A DNA stretch of 64,000 nt from Candidatus Vogelbacteria bacterium RIFOXYD1_FULL_44_32 (GTDB lineage: Bacteria; Patescibacteriota; Minisyncoccia; Phycocordibacterales; XYD1-FULL-46-19): assembly GCA_001823065.1 (NCBI GenBank), contig MHTJ01000003.1, forward strand, positions 181,460 through 245,459, in the 5' to 3' direction. The position numbers were made by a program, and so were the translations under genes. The notes under the pieces are model-generated. The model did no database searches. It saw only the letters and a program-made list of their open reading frames with translations, and was not told the DNA's origin. This document shows positions 35,415 through 46,500 of this stretch, piece after piece. Positions within the stretch are counted from its first letter, which is position 1; every line of letters starts with the position of its first letter.

Positions 35415-37043
35415 ATGACACAAGACGAGGCCTTTGAGCTTCTTACGATGGGGCACAATGTTTTTCTCACCGGGCCGGCGGGCGCTGGTAAAACTCACTT
35501 GATTAGACGTTACCGCGATTGGCTGGAACAAAAAAATATTCCCGTTGCCCTCACGGCGTCTACTGGTATTGCCGCGACCCATATTGGTGGTGTCACTATT
35601 CACTCGTGGTCTGGCTTGGGAGTGAAAGAAGGTTTATCGGCCTATGATTTGGAAAGTTTAAGCGAAAAAAAATATTTAAGCGACCGGATCCGTGGTACGT
35701 CGGTTTTAATTTTAGATGAAATTTCTATGCTCTCGTCTCGGCAGTTTTCGGCCCTAGACGATATTTGTCGGGCTTTCCGAGCGGTTGATCTGCCTTTTGG
35801 TGGGTTGCAATTAGTGGTAGCGGGAGATTTTTTCCAATTACCACCAATCCAAAGTTATTCGCGTCAGCCCAATTTTGCTTTTGAATCTGAGAGTTGGAAG
35901 AATGGGCGGATCAAGCCCTGCTACTTGGAGGGGCAGTTTCGTCATACTGGTGATGGCTTGTCCCAAATTTTGGCGGATATTAGAGATAATACGGTTAATA
36001 AAAATACTAAGAATATTTTATTATCACGTCTAAACAAAAAACCGGCTGGTGGTATATTACCAGTTCGTCTTTTTACCCACAACGAGGACGTTGATGCTAT
36101 CAACAATAATGAGTTGAGTAAGTTAGCTGGCCCAACCAAAATATACGAAATGACTGGGCGGGGCGCCAAAAAACTGCGGGAGGCCTTAGCCCGGTCAATT
36201 TTAGCACCAGAAAGACTAGCCTTAAAACCTGATGCCAAAATAATATTTGTCCGTAATAATTTTGAAGCTGGTTTTGTCAACGGTACCTTAGGTGTGGTCA
36301 TTGGTTTTGACCGCACTGGTTGGCCAATAGTGAGATTGGCTAATAATAAAAAAATTGTTGTCTCCCCTGAGACCTGGCGAGTAGAGGACGAAGGTAAAGT
36401 CAAAGCTGAAGTAAACCAATTGCCCCTACGCTTGGCCTGGGCGATAACTATCCATAAAAGCCAGGGGATGAGTCTCGATGCGGTCGAGATTGATTTATCT
36501 AAGGCTTTTGTGCCTGGTATGGGCTATGTGGCCTTGTCGCGGGCTCGTCGGCTGGAGGGCCTAAATTTACTGGGTTTCAATGAGATGGCCCTTCAGGTGG
36601 AAGAACGAATTCAACTCGCTGAAACAAAAATTAAAGATATGTCTGCTCGTTTTACTACGGGGCTAAAAAATATTATTCAGACAGACAAGGAAAAATTAGT
36701 CCAAAAGTTTATTGCAGAAGCAAAAAAAGACGGACCCAAAAAACCACTTTCAACCTATGAAGAAACCAAAAAATTAATCGACGCCGGTCTAACTCTCGCG
36801 GATATGGCCAAACAACGGCAGTTGACCGAAGAAACTATTATCAGCCATTTGGAAAAATTAGTAGAGAATATTCCTAGTCTAGCTATATCTCAGCTTAAAC
36901 CGGCTCCTAATCGGATGCAAAAAATAAAGGAGGCGTTTAAAAAAACTGGTAACTATAAGTTGGCTGATGTAAAAAAGATTTTACCAGCTAGTTTTAGTTT
37001 TAAGGAAATACGATTGGGCCGATTGTTTTTACATGACCAGTAA
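35415..37043 (+). CDS. SF1B DNA helicase, Pif1/RecD family, with a C-terminal helix-rich extension
   Basis: Walker A FLTGPAGAGKTHLI. Walker B ILDEISML. Motifs QLPPI and AITIHKSQGMSLD. Confidence 0.8.
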   Translation: MTQDEAFELLTMGHNVFLTGPAGAGKTHLIRRYRDWLEQKNIPVALTASTGIAATHIGGVTIHSWSGLGVKEGLSAYDLESLSEKKYLSDRIRGTSVLILDEISMLSSRQFSALDDICRAFRAVDLPFGGLQLVVAGDFFQLPPIQSYSRQPNFAFESESWKNGRIKPCYLEGQFRHTGDGLSQILADIRDNTVNKNTKNILLSRLNKKPAGGILPVRLFTHNEDVDAINNNELSKLAGPTKIYEMTGRGAKKLREALARSILAPERLALKPDAKIIFVRNNFEAGFVNGTLGVVIGFDRTGWPIVRLANNKKIVVSPETWRVEDEGKVKAEVNQLPLRLAWAITIHKSQGMSLDAVEIDLSKAFVPGMGYVALSRARRLEGLNLLGFNEMALQVEERIQLAETKIKDMSARFTTGLKNIIQTDKEKLVQKFIAEAKKDGPKKPLSTYEETKKLIDAGLTLADMAKQRQLTEETIISHLEKLVENIPSLAISQLKPAPNRMQKIKEAFKKTGNYKLADVKKILPASFSFKEIRLGRLFLHDQ

Positions 37044-37107
37044 TTCTTTGTTGCCAGATTAGCTAGTACCAAATATAATAGATGAATTAACTGATATTTA
37101 GATTTTA

Positions 37108-38004
37108 ATGCTCAAGAAAAAAGAAGCGGAGTTATTGTTTAAAATTATTTGCCTGGGGCTCATAATAATTACTTTAGTTTTTTCTAGTCTCGCTTACTAT
37201 CAGACAAACCAAAAATTTAGAGCGGTTAAACTCGCTAGTGCAAAAATCGAGACCAGTCTAAAACAGGAAATAAATGATTTACGTGAGATAGTGACGGCGC
37301 TAACCAATGGTAATGAACAGTTGGCCCAAAATTTAGAAGCCGAAAGGATAAAAAGAGAGGAATCGGAAATTACTACTCAGGCCTCCAATAAAAAGCTGGC
37401 AGAAATTTCAGCCGGTCTCGATGCCTCGGATATCACCAGATTGATTAGTGAATGGAACCCGCGGGTGGTCAAGCTTGAATGTGTGGTTGAATTTGCAGAT
37501 AAAACTACTAAAAAATCCACAGCTTCGGGTGTAGTAAATGTTTCTGATGCAGTGACTAAAATTTATACCAGCAAACATGTGGTAGAGGAAAAAGGGGTAT
37601 TAGCCAAAGATTGTCGGGTTGTTTCTTCTGATGTCACCACCAAATTTGCTACGAGTAATATTACTATTGATGCCAATATTGATTTGGCTTATTTAAATTT
37701 TACTAAAATCCTTGACCTACCAGGTGGGGTCAGTTTACCGGTAAAGAAATGTGCCCAGAAACCAATATTGGGCGACCAGGTGGTAATATTGGGTTATCCA
37801 AGTGTCGGCTCAACCAACGGGGTGACCGCGACCGAGGGCATAATTTCTGGTTTTGACAAAGAATATTATATTACTTCAGCCAAGATCGAACGAGGCAACT
37901 CGGGCGGAGCAGCTATTTTGGTTAAAAATAATTGTTTGTTAGGGTTACCAACCTTGGTGGTGGCGGGACAAATTGAGTCTCTGGCTCGTATCCTTGCGCT
38001 GTAA
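37108..38004 (+). CDS. Membrane-anchored trypsin-like serine protease (S1 family) with an intact triad
   Basis: TM, then coiled coil. His in TSKHVV, Asp in IDLAYL, Ser in ERGNSGGAAIL. Confidence 0.6.
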   Translation: MLKKKEAELLFKIICLGLIIITLVFSSLAYYQTNQKFRAVKLASAKIETSLKQEINDLREIVTALTNGNEQLAQNLEAERIKREESEITTQASNKKLAEISAGLDASDITRLISEWNPRVVKLECVVEFADKTTKKSTASGVVNVSDAVTKIYTSKHVVEEKGVLAKDCRVVSSDVTTKFATSNITIDANIDLAYLNFTKILDLPGGVSLPVKKCAQKPILGDQVVILGYPSVGSTNGVTATEGIISGFDKEYYITSAKIERGNSGGAAILVKNNCLLGLPTLVVAGQIESLARILAL

Positions 38005-38067
38005 TTTATAGCTTGTTATTTGGTAAATATTTTGCTTAGTGTTAGGGTATGGGTGTAGTTTTTACAT

Positions 38068-38910
38068 ATGGCTCAAGATAAATATTCAGCTGTCTGGGTG
38101 TCACACTCCTCAATGGGGGATTTTCTAAAATGCCCGCGGGCCTATTTTCTTCATAATGTCTATAAGGATCCAAAGACGGGACATAAAATAAGTATAGTTA
38201 ATCCGGCTTTGTCCTTAGGCTCAGCCGTCCATGAAGTGGTGGAAGGTTTACTAGATTGGCCAGCCAAAGCCAGGGCCACCCAACCTCTGTTTGAAAATTT
38301 TAATCTCGCCTGGGTTAAAGTGGCCGGTAAAAAGGGCGGATTTGAAAGTTTAGATGAAGAGGAAAAATATAAAACTCGTGGTCGTAAAATGATTGAGAGA
38401 GTAATGGCCCACCCGGGACCGCTTTTAAATAAAGCAATTAAATTGCCGGAACATGAAAATGGGATGCCACCAAATTTTTATTTATCCGAAGAGGAAAACA
38501 TCATTTTGTGTGGCAAAATTGATTGGCTAGAATATTTACCAGCCACAGACAGTCTACATGTAATAGACTTTAAAACTGGTAAAAATGAAGAAAGCGAAGA
38601 TTCGCTTCAGTTGCCAATTTACCTTTTACTTTTAAATAATTTACAAAAAAGAAAAGTAACCAAGGCTAGCTATTGGTATTTAGAAACGGATGATGATTTG
38701 AAGTCGGTTTTGTTGCCGGACTCGACCGAGGCATATGAAAAAGTTTTTGATGTCGCTATACAGGTCAAGAGGGCCAGAGAAAGCAATGATTTTGAATGTC
38801 GCCACGGTGGTTGTTTTCATTGTAAACCGTTTGAAAAAATTCTAGCCGGTGAGGCAACATATTTAGGTATAGGTGGTTATGGTCAAGATATTTATTATGT
38901 AAAAAAATAG
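38068..38910 (+). CDS. PD-(D/E)xK nuclease with four Cys (Cas4/RecB-nuclease-like, PDDEXK_1)
   Basis: CPRAYFL N-terminal Cys. GKIDWLEY...HVIDFKTGK catalytic core. QLPIYLLLL (QxxxY). C-terminal CRHGGCFHC. Confidence 0.6.
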   Translation: MAQDKYSAVWVSHSSMGDFLKCPRAYFLHNVYKDPKTGHKISIVNPALSLGSAVHEVVEGLLDWPAKARATQPLFENFNLAWVKVAGKKGGFESLDEEEKYKTRGRKMIERVMAHPGPLLNKAIKLPEHENGMPPNFYLSEEENIILCGKIDWLEYLPATDSLHVIDFKTGKNEESEDSLQLPIYLLLLNNLQKRKVTKASYWYLETDDDLKSVLLPDSTEAYEKVFDVAIQVKRARESNDFECRHGGCFHCKPFEKILAGEATYLGIGGYGQDIYYVKK

Positions 38911-38968
38911 CCGTCGACGCTAGGGGGATTCGTCGACGGCTACTAGCAGGCAATAGGGAGCCCTGCTA
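38909..38968 (+). terminator. Two consecutive hairpins after the nuclease gene (no clear T-run)
   Basis: GCCGTCGACG-ctagggggatt-CGTCGACGGC, then TAGCAGGC-aatagggag-CCCTGCTA. Confidence 0.4.
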
Positions 38969-39124
38969 ATCTAGGGTGAAGTCCGGCTTGAGCCCAGAGA
39001 ACAAGGAGCTAGGCTCCTCGGGGCTACTGTAGGAATCCGTCCCTCACTGAAAAAATATTACCGTATAATTTATTAATTGTCAAATAATTTTTTCTTGATA
39101 AATTTTGCACTAGATTGTGACTTT

Positions 39125-40318
39125 ATGACTAAAAAACCAATACAATTTAAGACCGAAATAAAAGGTAATAGGTTGGCGCGGGCCGGTGTTATTTCTACAC
39201 CTCATGGGGAAATTGCTACTCCAGCCTTTGTGGTGGTGGGGACCAAAGCCACGGTCAAGGCCCTTGCTCCCGAACAGGTGCGTGATTTGGGTGCCCAAAC
39301 TACTCTTTGCAATACCTATCACTTATACCTCCAGCCGGGGGACCATTTGGTGGCCGAGGCGGGTGGTCTGCATAAGTTTATGAATTGGGATAAGCCGATG
39401 TTTACTGATTCGGGTGGGTTCCAAGTGTTTTCGCTTGGCGCGGCCTTTGGCGAGGGTGGAGTGACAAAATTTGCCAAAGAGGGGACGCAAAATGCCCAGA
39501 CCATGGTCGCCGAGGAGGGGGCGAAGCTAGCTCAAGTTGACGACGACGGCGTGACTTTTAAATCTCATATTGATGGTAGTAAACATCGCTTGACACCCGA
39601 AAAATCAATAGCGATTCAGCACAATTTGGGGGCAGATATTATTTTTGCTTTTGACGAATGTACTTCACCACAAGCCGATTATGATTATCAAAAAAAAGCA
39701 ATGGAGCGAACCCATGTTTGGGCCCTAAGATCGCTCAATTATCATGAGCAATCGGGCAAAGCTGGTACTCAAGGTTTGTTTGGGATTGTTCAAGGTGGTA
39801 AACATCGTGACTTGCGCGAAGAGTCGGCGCGGGTGATTGGCAGTATGGAGGGCCTGGCTGGTTTTGGGATTGGTGGATCATTTAGTAAAGACGATTTGGG
39901 TGAGGCTCTTGGTTGGGTAAATAATATTTTACCGGAAGATAAGCCACGGCACCTTTTGGGAATTGGCGAACCAGAGGATTTATTTATTGGTGTTGAAAAT
40001 GGCATTGATACCTTTGACTGTGTGGCGCCGACCCGTATGGCGCGCAATGGTACCCTGTACACCAAGACTGGCAAAATAAATATTTTTAATACTCAGTATA
40101 AAAATGATTTTACACCGATTGATAGTGGTTGTGGTTGTTACACTTGCCAAAATTACAGTCGAGCATACCTCTCACATCTTTTCCGCGCCAAAGAAATGAT
40201 GGCTGGGACTTTGGCCTCGATTCATAATTTATATTTTATAGTTAACCTGGTGTCAGCGATTAGATCATCGCTAGTTGCTGGTACTTATGAGCAGCTTAAA
40301 AAGGAGTATTTAGGGTAA
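39125..40318 (+). CDS. tgt: Queuine tRNA-ribosyltransferase
   Basis: FMTDSGGFQVFSLG, LLGIGEPEDL, zinc site CGCYTCQNYSRAYLSHL. The start was chosen at MTKKPIQF, 48 nt inside the listed ORF. Confidence 0.9.
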   Translation: MTKKPIQFKTEIKGNRLARAGVISTPHGEIATPAFVVVGTKATVKALAPEQVRDLGAQTTLCNTYHLYLQPGDHLVAEAGGLHKFMNWDKPMFTDSGGFQVFSLGAAFGEGGVTKFAKEGTQNAQTMVAEEGAKLAQVDDDGVTFKSHIDGSKHRLTPEKSIAIQHNLGADIIFAFDECTSPQADYDYQKKAMERTHVWALRSLNYHEQSGKAGTQGLFGIVQGGKHRDLREESARVIGSMEGLAGFGIGGSFSKDDLGEALGWVNNILPEDKPRHLLGIGEPEDLFIGVENGIDTFDCVAPTRMARNGTLYTKTGKINIFNTQYKNDFTPIDSGCGCYTCQNYSRAYLSHLFRAKEMMAGTLASIHNLYFIVNLVSAIRSSLVAGTYEQLKKEYLG

Positions 40319-40380
40319 CTTTGTTTTTATAGATGGCATCTGTTAATCTTGTTTAAGTCTTGAACAATGGAGGATAAATT

Positions 40381-40683
40381 ATGAGTGAGGATATGTCGCA
40401 TGGGGAAAGACAGCAATTTCTACAAAGGGAGCTGGAAGCAGGAGCGGTCGTTACTCTTGGTGACATCAAAACAGGAGTTCAGGAACTTATCTGTGCCATC
40501 GAGAACAACAATCGGCCAAGCTACAACCCGACTAGGATGCAAATGATGTGGTATCTGCTGGCTAAACTGCGAGCGCCACACCTTTTGCAACCACTGCACC
40601 AGAAGTGGTTTCTACCCGAAGGTGGTAGTCCCACCTTCCGACCAGTTGGCTATGAAGTAGCGGAGGTGAAGCGAGTTAGCTAG
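40381..40683 (+). CDS. Hypothetical protein (100 aa), GC-rich
   Basis: TGGAGG RBS. No family recognised. Confidence 0.45.
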   Translation: MSEDMSHGERQQFLQRELEAGAVVTLGDIKTGVQELICAIENNNRPSYNPTRMQMMWYLLAKLRAPHLLQPLHQKWFLPEGGSPTFRPVGYEVAEVKRVS

Positions 40684-40776
40684 ATTGTGATTTGTTAAGC
40701 GCCATAATGTCCGGGTGCGCTAAGCGCGTCTGGACATTTTCATTTTACCCTTGTTTTTGCTACATTTACTGCACCA

Positions 40777-42801
40777 ATGAGTGTATTTAACCTAAAAACT
40801 GAATATACCCCCAAGGGTGACCAGTCCGTGGCTATCGTTAGTTTGGTCAAGGGTTTAAACCAAGGTTTGCGCCATCAGACGCTTTTAGGTGTGACTGGTT
40901 CGGGTAAAACTTTTACCGCCGCCAATGTCATCGCCCAATTTGGCAAGCCGACTTTGGTCATTGCCCACAATAAAACCTTGGCCGCCCAGCTGGCGCAAGA
41001 GTATCGCGATATTTTTCCCGATCACGCGGTGCATTATTTTGTCTCCTACTACGACTACTACCAGCCCGAGGCCTATATGCCGATTACCGATACCTACATT
41101 GAAAAAGACGCAGCTATCAATGAGGAAATCGAGCGTTTGCGCCACGCCTCTACTCAGGCGCTACTCACGAGGCAAGATGTGATTATTGTCGCGTCGGTGT
41201 CTTGTATTTATGGCTTGGGGAGCCCAGCTGAATACCAAAAAGAACATTTGCGGGTGCAGGTGGGTGAAAAAATATCGCGCGAAGGTTTTATGAAGCAACT
41301 TATTGGTCGGCATTTTGAGCGAACCAATGCCGACCTCACCTCGGGTACTTTTCGGGCGGTGGGCAACTCGATTGAAATAATGCCCGCTTCAGCTAAAGAT
41401 ATTTACAATATTAAAATTGTCGGGGGTGAGATTGCGGAAATATTAGAACTAGATGCGGTCACGCGCGCCGTGCGCAGTACTCCCGCCGACTTTTATCTTT
41501 TTCCCGCTAAACATTTTATTACCAACGAAGACGAAAGAAAACGGGCCATCCAAAGTATTTCGCTGGAGCTAGAGAACCAGCTGAAAAAGTTGGCCAAGGA
41601 GGGGAAAAATTTAGAGGCGGAAAGATTAAAGAGGCGTACCCGCTACGATATGTCGATGATTGCCGAAGTTGGCTATTGCAATGGAATCGAAAACTATTCA
41701 CGCCACTTGTCAGGGCGGGAGGCGGGCCTGCCACCAGACACCTTGCTCGCTTATTTTCCGCATAAGCCAGATGGCACCCCCGACTTTCTCACTATCATCG
41801 ACGAGTCGCATGTTAGTGTCTCGCAGATTGGCGGTATGTATGCTGGTGACCAAAGTCGGAAAAAAACTTTGGTGGAATACGGTTTTCGCTTGCCTAGTGC
41901 CCTTGATAACCGACCGCTCAAGTTTGCCGAATTTGAAGAGCGCGTGGGTCAGGTTATCTATACTACCGCCACGCCGGGTAGCTATGAGTTAGAACACAGC
42001 GCGCCACCGGCTGGAAAAATTGTAGAACAAATCATTCGTCCGACTGGCCTTGTTGACCCAGTGTTGGAAGTAAAACCAGTTATTGAAAAAGGTAAGTATG
42101 GTGGGCAGATAAAAGATTTTATTGAGCAAGCTCAAAAAGAAATCGGTCGAGGTTATCGGGCGATTGCCACCACCCTAACCAAGAAAATGGCCGAGGACCT
42201 TAGTGACTACCTAAAAAAAGAGGGGATCAAGGCCGAATATTTACACAGCGAAGTTAAAACTTTAGAGCGGATTCAAATTTTAACGAACTTCCGTAAGGGA
42301 GTGTTTGATGTGTTGGTGGGGGTGAACTTGTTGCGCGAGGGCCTAGACCTACCCGAAGTTTCTTTTATTGGGATTTTGGACGCTGACAAAGAAGGTTTTT
42401 TGCGGTCGGATACGGCCCTTATCCAGACTATTGGTCGGGCCGCCAGAAACAGCGATGGGCGTGTCACCTTGTATGCCGACATTGTGACTGGTTCGATGAA
42501 GCGAGCGATGGAAGAAACCGAGCGCCGGCGAGTTATTCAGCTCTCTTACAACAAAAAACATAATATTACCCCGACGACGATTAAGAAAAATATTAGTGAT
42601 ATTACCGAGAGTCTAATGTCCGAGCGCGACAAAACGGTCAAGCGCCTAGTGGCGCTCGACCGCTCCACCGTGGGTACTAGTGCCAAGGCCCTAAAACAGC
42701 TAATTAAAGACAAAGAACGCCAAATGTCCGAAGCTGTCAAAACCCTCGACTTTGAAACCGCGGCGATTTTGCGGGATGAGATTAAGGGGTTGACGAAATA
42801 A
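40777..42801 (+). CDS. uvrB: Excinuclease ABC subunit B
   Basis: Walker A GVTGSGKTFT. Beta-hairpin region YYDYYQPEAY. Helicase motifs. C-terminal UVR domain AAILRDEIKGL. Confidence 0.95.
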   Translation: MSVFNLKTEYTPKGDQSVAIVSLVKGLNQGLRHQTLLGVTGSGKTFTAANVIAQFGKPTLVIAHNKTLAAQLAQEYRDIFPDHAVHYFVSYYDYYQPEAYMPITDTYIEKDAAINEEIERLRHASTQALLTRQDVIIVASVSCIYGLGSPAEYQKEHLRVQVGEKISREGFMKQLIGRHFERTNADLTSGTFRAVGNSIEIMPASAKDIYNIKIVGGEIAEILELDAVTRAVRSTPADFYLFPAKHFITNEDERKRAIQSISLELENQLKKLAKEGKNLEAERLKRRTRYDMSMIAEVGYCNGIENYSRHLSGREAGLPPDTLLAYFPHKPDGTPDFLTIIDESHVSVSQIGGMYAGDQSRKKTLVEYGFRLPSALDNRPLKFAEFEERVGQVIYTTATPGSYELEHSAPPAGKIVEQIIRPTGLVDPVLEVKPVIEKGKYGGQIKDFIEQAQKEIGRGYRAIATTLTKKMAEDLSDYLKKEGIKAEYLHSEVKTLERIQILTNFRKGVFDVLVGVNLLREGLDLPEVSFIGILDADKEGFLRSDTALIQTIGRAARNSDGRVTLYADIVTGSMKRAMEETERRRVIQLSYNKKHNITPTTIKKNISDITESLMSERDKTVKRLVALDRSTVGTSAKALKQLIKDKERQMSEAVKTLDFETAAILRDEIKGLTK

Positions 42802-42896
42802 ATATTTTTATGTTATAATTAAATTAGTAAAGTGTAATTAGTCTGACGGTGTATTGTCAGGAGAGAGAGTGTCTTGAACCTTGAAAGGGTAAAGCT

Positions 42897-43592
42897 ATGG
42901 AAAATCAAACCCGTGACCAGAAGTTCGCACATCTTTTCGAGTTGTGTGAGAAACTGAAGAAGCAGGTGATTTATGGTAGGAATATTGACGAGGTTATTGG
43001 TGATCTGCAAACCACCATTGATAATCCTCAAGCTTCAACGACATCGCGTTGGCGCATCGCTGAGGATGGCCTCATTCACTTCTCACTCACTTCCACTGGC
43101 GAAACCGGCGCACAGTGGGCCGACTGGTTTACGGTTAACAAGTTTGCAGTTGGTAGCGAGTTTGGGTCTAGATACATACTCCGCTCAGCTTCTTTCAAAC
43201 CGAGCCAGGTCGGAACGGTCTACAAGATTGCTGTTCTACCCGGTAATCTCTTTGAGAAAAAGAGAGACTGGACTAGTATCTCAAATGTTCGCGCTGAGGC
43301 CGATCGTCAGGGTTTAAAGCATGGGGAGGAGATGAATGCTGAAATCGCTTGTCTCCTTCGGCGGGAGTTTGCCAATAAAGAGCTTGAGGCCATGGGACTG
43401 TTTTGGGTTGTGTGTCTACATGAACCCATCGCCGACGGCCATGGGTTTCTGAGCTTGCTCGGTCCTGGTTGTTATTCGGGCGGTCGCTGGTTTTCCGCGT
43501 TCCGTTGCGGGCCAGATGACGTTTTTCCCACCAAATATCACTTTGCCACCTTGGTCTCTGTAATATCACCTCCGATGGTAGAGCAGACCTGA
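42897..43592 (+). CDS. Hypothetical protein (231 aa), GC-rich, between uvrB and uvrA
   Basis: Intact ORF. The overlapping minus-strand ORF (43273..43695) is Arg-rich junk. Confidence 0.5.
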   Translation: MENQTRDQKFAHLFELCEKLKKQVIYGRNIDEVIGDLQTTIDNPQASTTSRWRIAEDGLIHFSLTSTGETGAQWADWFTVNKFAVGSEFGSRYILRSASFKPSQVGTVYKIAVLPGNLFEKKRDWTSISNVRAEADRQGLKHGEEMNAEIACLLRREFANKELEAMGLFWVVCLHEPIADGHGFLSLLGPGCYSGGRWFSAFRCGPDDVFPTKYHFATLVSVISPPMVEQT

Positions 43593-43606
43593 CCATTCGG
43601 GTTATT

Positions 43607-43648
43607 GCGCTCCTGGTTCTGAAACCAGGGCGCTTTTTATTTTTTCCA
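43607..43648 (+). terminator. Rho-independent terminator
   Basis: GCGCTCCTGGTT-ctgaa-ACCAGGGCGC followed by TTTTTATTTTTT. Confidence 0.8.
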
Positions 43649-43690
43649 AAGTCGGTTAAGTGTGGTATACTCCTACTACCCCATAAGGCC

Positions 43691-43757
43691 CACACACTAG
43701 GTTTGGCATTGTCGAGCTATGCTAGACAATTTTGTCTGATACCAAACCTAGTGTGCG
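43691..43757. promoter_or_regulatory. Nested palindrome upstream of uvrA (candidate operator, possibly an SOS-type box)
   Basis: Outer 16-bp inverted repeat CACACTAGGTTTGG...CCAAACCTAGTGTG. Inner near-palindrome TTGTCGAGCTATGCTAGACAA. It lies 20-85 nt before the uvrA start. Confidence 0.35.
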
Positions 43758-43775
43758 GGCAGGGGATTTTGATGT

Positions 43776-46442
43776 ATGTCAGAACAGAAAAAAATAAAAA
43801 TAAAAGGGGCGCGCACGCATAACCTGAAAAATATTGACCTAGAAATACCCCGCGACCAAATGGTGGTTTTTACTGGTCTCTCTGGTTCGGGCAAATCAAG
43901 CCTTGCTTTTGATACTATTTTTGCCGAGGGACAGCGCCGGTATGTAGAGTCGCTGTCTTCCTATGCTCGGCAGTTTCTGCGCCAAATGCAAAAGCCCGAT
44001 GTGGACGAGATCACGGGCCTTTCGCCTGCTATTTCTATTGACCAAAAGTCACGCTCGCAAAACCCGCGCTCAACCGTGGCGACTATTACCGAAATTTACG
44101 ACTATTTGCGCGTTTTGTACGCCCGCGTGGGCAAGCCTCATTGTTTGGTCTGTGGTTTACCGATTGAAAAGCTAACCCATGATGAAATAGTTCAGCTGGC
44201 GCTTGATAAAGTTAAAAAGATTTTAAAAACCCGCCGTTCACATGAAGAACTGGGCGGGCAGGAAATTTTAAGTTTACAGATATATGCTCCTCTCGTGCGT
44301 GGGCGCAAGGGCGAGTATTACCAAATGCTCTATGACCTAATAGACAAGGGTTATGGTGAAGTGCTGATCGACGGCCACCGCTACAACTTACGCGAGCGGA
44401 TTGAGCTGGGGCGGATGAAAAAGCATGATATAGATGTTCTGACCGACGAAATAGATTTGATTGATTTTAAACCTGTTCCCAAAACAAAAAACCTAAAAAG
44501 CAAGGTTGATGAAGCGGTTTATGACAATGCCTATGGTCGTCTCACGGAGGCCATAGAACGCGCCCTAAAAGAAGCCGACGGTTTGGTGCGGATTGTGATT
44601 GCTTCGCCCAAAGTTAAAAAGGGGGTACTGGAAAGCGCGGTGGAACAAAATATCTTGTCCGCCAAGTTTGCTTGCCCGCGCGATGGCTTTTCTTTTCCCG
44701 AAGTGGAACCTCGCTTGTTTTCTTTCAACTCGCCCTATGGCGCCTGTCCCGAGTGCCACGGCTTGGGCACCAAACATTTGTACAGTGAAAAAGCTTGCCC
44801 CGTTTGTAACGGTGCGCGCCTGCGCCAAGAAGCGCTGCATGTTTTGTTGACCACTAAAAATGGTTTGTCTAAAAATATTGTGCAGTTTACGGCGATGTCC
44901 ATACGCGACACGCATGATTTCGTCGCTGATTTAAGCCTAACGGCTAATGAGCAAAAAATTGCCGAAATGGTTTTGCGTGAAATCGAGGCCCGCATTAAAT
45001 TTTTGCTTGATGTCGGCTTAGACTATATTTCACTCGACCGGCGCGCCAACACCCTCTCGGGCGGCGAGGCCCAGCGGATTCGCCTCGCGTCCCAGCTGGG
45101 CTCGCGTTTGGTGGGCACCCTGTATGTTTTAGACGAGCCGACTATTGGTCTGCATAGTCGGGACAATGACCGACTAATTAAAACTTTGCTCAACCTGCGC
45201 GACTTGGGCAACACAATTATTGTCGTGGAACACGACGAGGACACGATTTATGCCTCGGACTATTTGGTGGACATTGGCCCCGGTGCGGGGGTGCATGGGG
45301 GCAATATTGTGGTGGCTGGAGAAACCGAAAAACTACTAACAGCCAAGAAAAATGATTTTGGATCGCTCACTGTCGACTATTTACGTGGTGAAAAAGAAGT
45401 CACCGTGCCAGACAGTAGACGCACCGCCCAAAAAGGGGTGATCCGGATTAGAAATGGCAATATTTTTAATATCAAAAACCTAAATGTTGATATTCCACTC
45501 GGTAAGCTGGTGGCGATTACTGGCGTATCAGGATCGGGCAAGTCGTCTTTTGTGTATGAGATTTTGCACAAAAACTTGCAGGCGCGGTTTGAGCGGAAAT
45601 ATCGCTCCAATGAAATACACAACTGTGGTGAATTTGCTGGTACGGAATATATTGGGCGGGAAATATTGATCGACCAATCGCCGATTGGGCGTACCCCACG
45701 CTCTAACCCCGCCACCTACACCGGCGCCTTTACTTGGATTCGCGATGTTTTTGCTTCTACCGACTATGCCCGCTTGCGGGGGTGGAAGCCGGGCCGGTTT
45801 TCTTTCAATGTTAAAGGTGGTCGCTGTGAAGCTTGCCAAGGCAATGGCCTCATTGCGGTGGAAATGCATTTTTTGCCGACCGTGTATGTGACCTGTGATG
45901 TTTGCAATGGAACTCGCTTTGAAAAAGAAACTTTGGAAGCCAAATATAAAGGCAAGAGTATTACCGATGTTTTGCAGATGACTATTGAAGAGGCTTTAGA
46001 ATTTTTCCAAGACCTACCAGCGATTGCTGACCGGCTAAAAACTTTAAATGAAGTGGGGTTGGGCTATCTCAAACTGGGACAGTCAGCCACCACTTTGTCA
46101 GGGGGCGAGGCTCAGCGAGTAAAAATATCATCCGAGCTGTACCGGCCGTTTATTCACAAATCGATTTATATTTTAGACGAGCCAACAGTGGGTCTACACT
46201 ATGAAGATGTTAAAAATTTAGTGGAGATTTTGCACAAGCTGGTAGAAAGGGGAAATACCGTGGTGGTGATTGAGCACAATTTGGATGTAGTGAAAAATGC
46301 CGATTATGTTATCGATATGGGTCCGGAAGGGGGCGATGGCGGGGGACAGATTGTCGCCAAAGGTACGCCAGAAGAGATTGCCAATACCGATACCCACACC
46401 GGAAAATATTTGCGGAAATTACTTCGTCGGAGAAAAAAATAA
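43776..46442 (+). CDS. uvrA: Excinuclease ABC subunit A
   Basis: Two ABC modules ([14 protein letters not shown] and [13 protein letters not shown]). Signature LSGGEAQR twice. Zinc-finger Cys pairs. Confidence 0.95.
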   Translation: MSEQKKIKIKGARTHNLKNIDLEIPRDQMVVFTGLSGSGKSSLAFDTIFAEGQRRYVESLSSYARQFLRQMQKPDVDEITGLSPAISIDQKSRSQNPRSTVATITEIYDYLRVLYARVGKPHCLVCGLPIEKLTHDEIVQLALDKVKKILKTRRSHEELGGQEILSLQIYAPLVRGRKGEYYQMLYDLIDKGYGEVLIDGHRYNLRERIELGRMKKHDIDVLTDEIDLIDFKPVPKTKNLKSKVDEAVYDNAYGRLTEAIERALKEADGLVRIVIASPKVKKGVLESAVEQNILSAKFACPRDGFSFPEVEPRLFSFNSPYGACPECHGLGTKHLYSEKACPVCNGARLRQEALHVLLTTKNGLSKNIVQFTAMSIRDTHDFVADLSLTANEQKIAEMVLREIEARIKFLLDVGLDYISLDRRANTLSGGEAQRIRLASQLGSRLVGTLYVLDEPTIGLHSRDNDRLIKTLLNLRDLGNTIIVVEHDEDTIYASDYLVDIGPGAGVHGGNIVVAGETEKLLTAKKNDFGSLTVDYLRGEKEVTVPDSRRTAQKGVIRIRNGNIFNIKNLNVDIPLGKLVAITGVSGSGKSSFVYEILHKNLQARFERKYRSNEIHNCGEFAGTEYIGREILIDQSPIGRTPRSNPATYTGAFTWIRDVFASTDYARLRGWKPGRFSFNVKGGRCEACQGNGLIAVEMHFLPTVYVTCDVCNGTRFEKETLEAKYKGKSITDVLQMTIEEALEFFQDLPAIADRLKTLNEVGLGYLKLGQSATTLSGGEAQRVKISSELYRPFIHKSIYILDEPTVGLHYEDVKNLVEILHKLVERGNTVVVIEHNLDVVKNADYVIDMGPEGGDGGGQIVAKGTPEEIANTDTHTGKYLRKLLRRRKK

Positions 46443-46476
46443 AAAAAGAGTCCCTAGACGCAAGGTCTAGGGACGG
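46442..46476 (+). terminator. Hairpin after uvrA
   Basis: GTCCCTAGAC-gcaag-GTCTAGGGAC, preceded by an A-run. Confidence 0.5.
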
Positions 46477-46500
46477 GTAGGAGATTCAAATCAGAATGCA

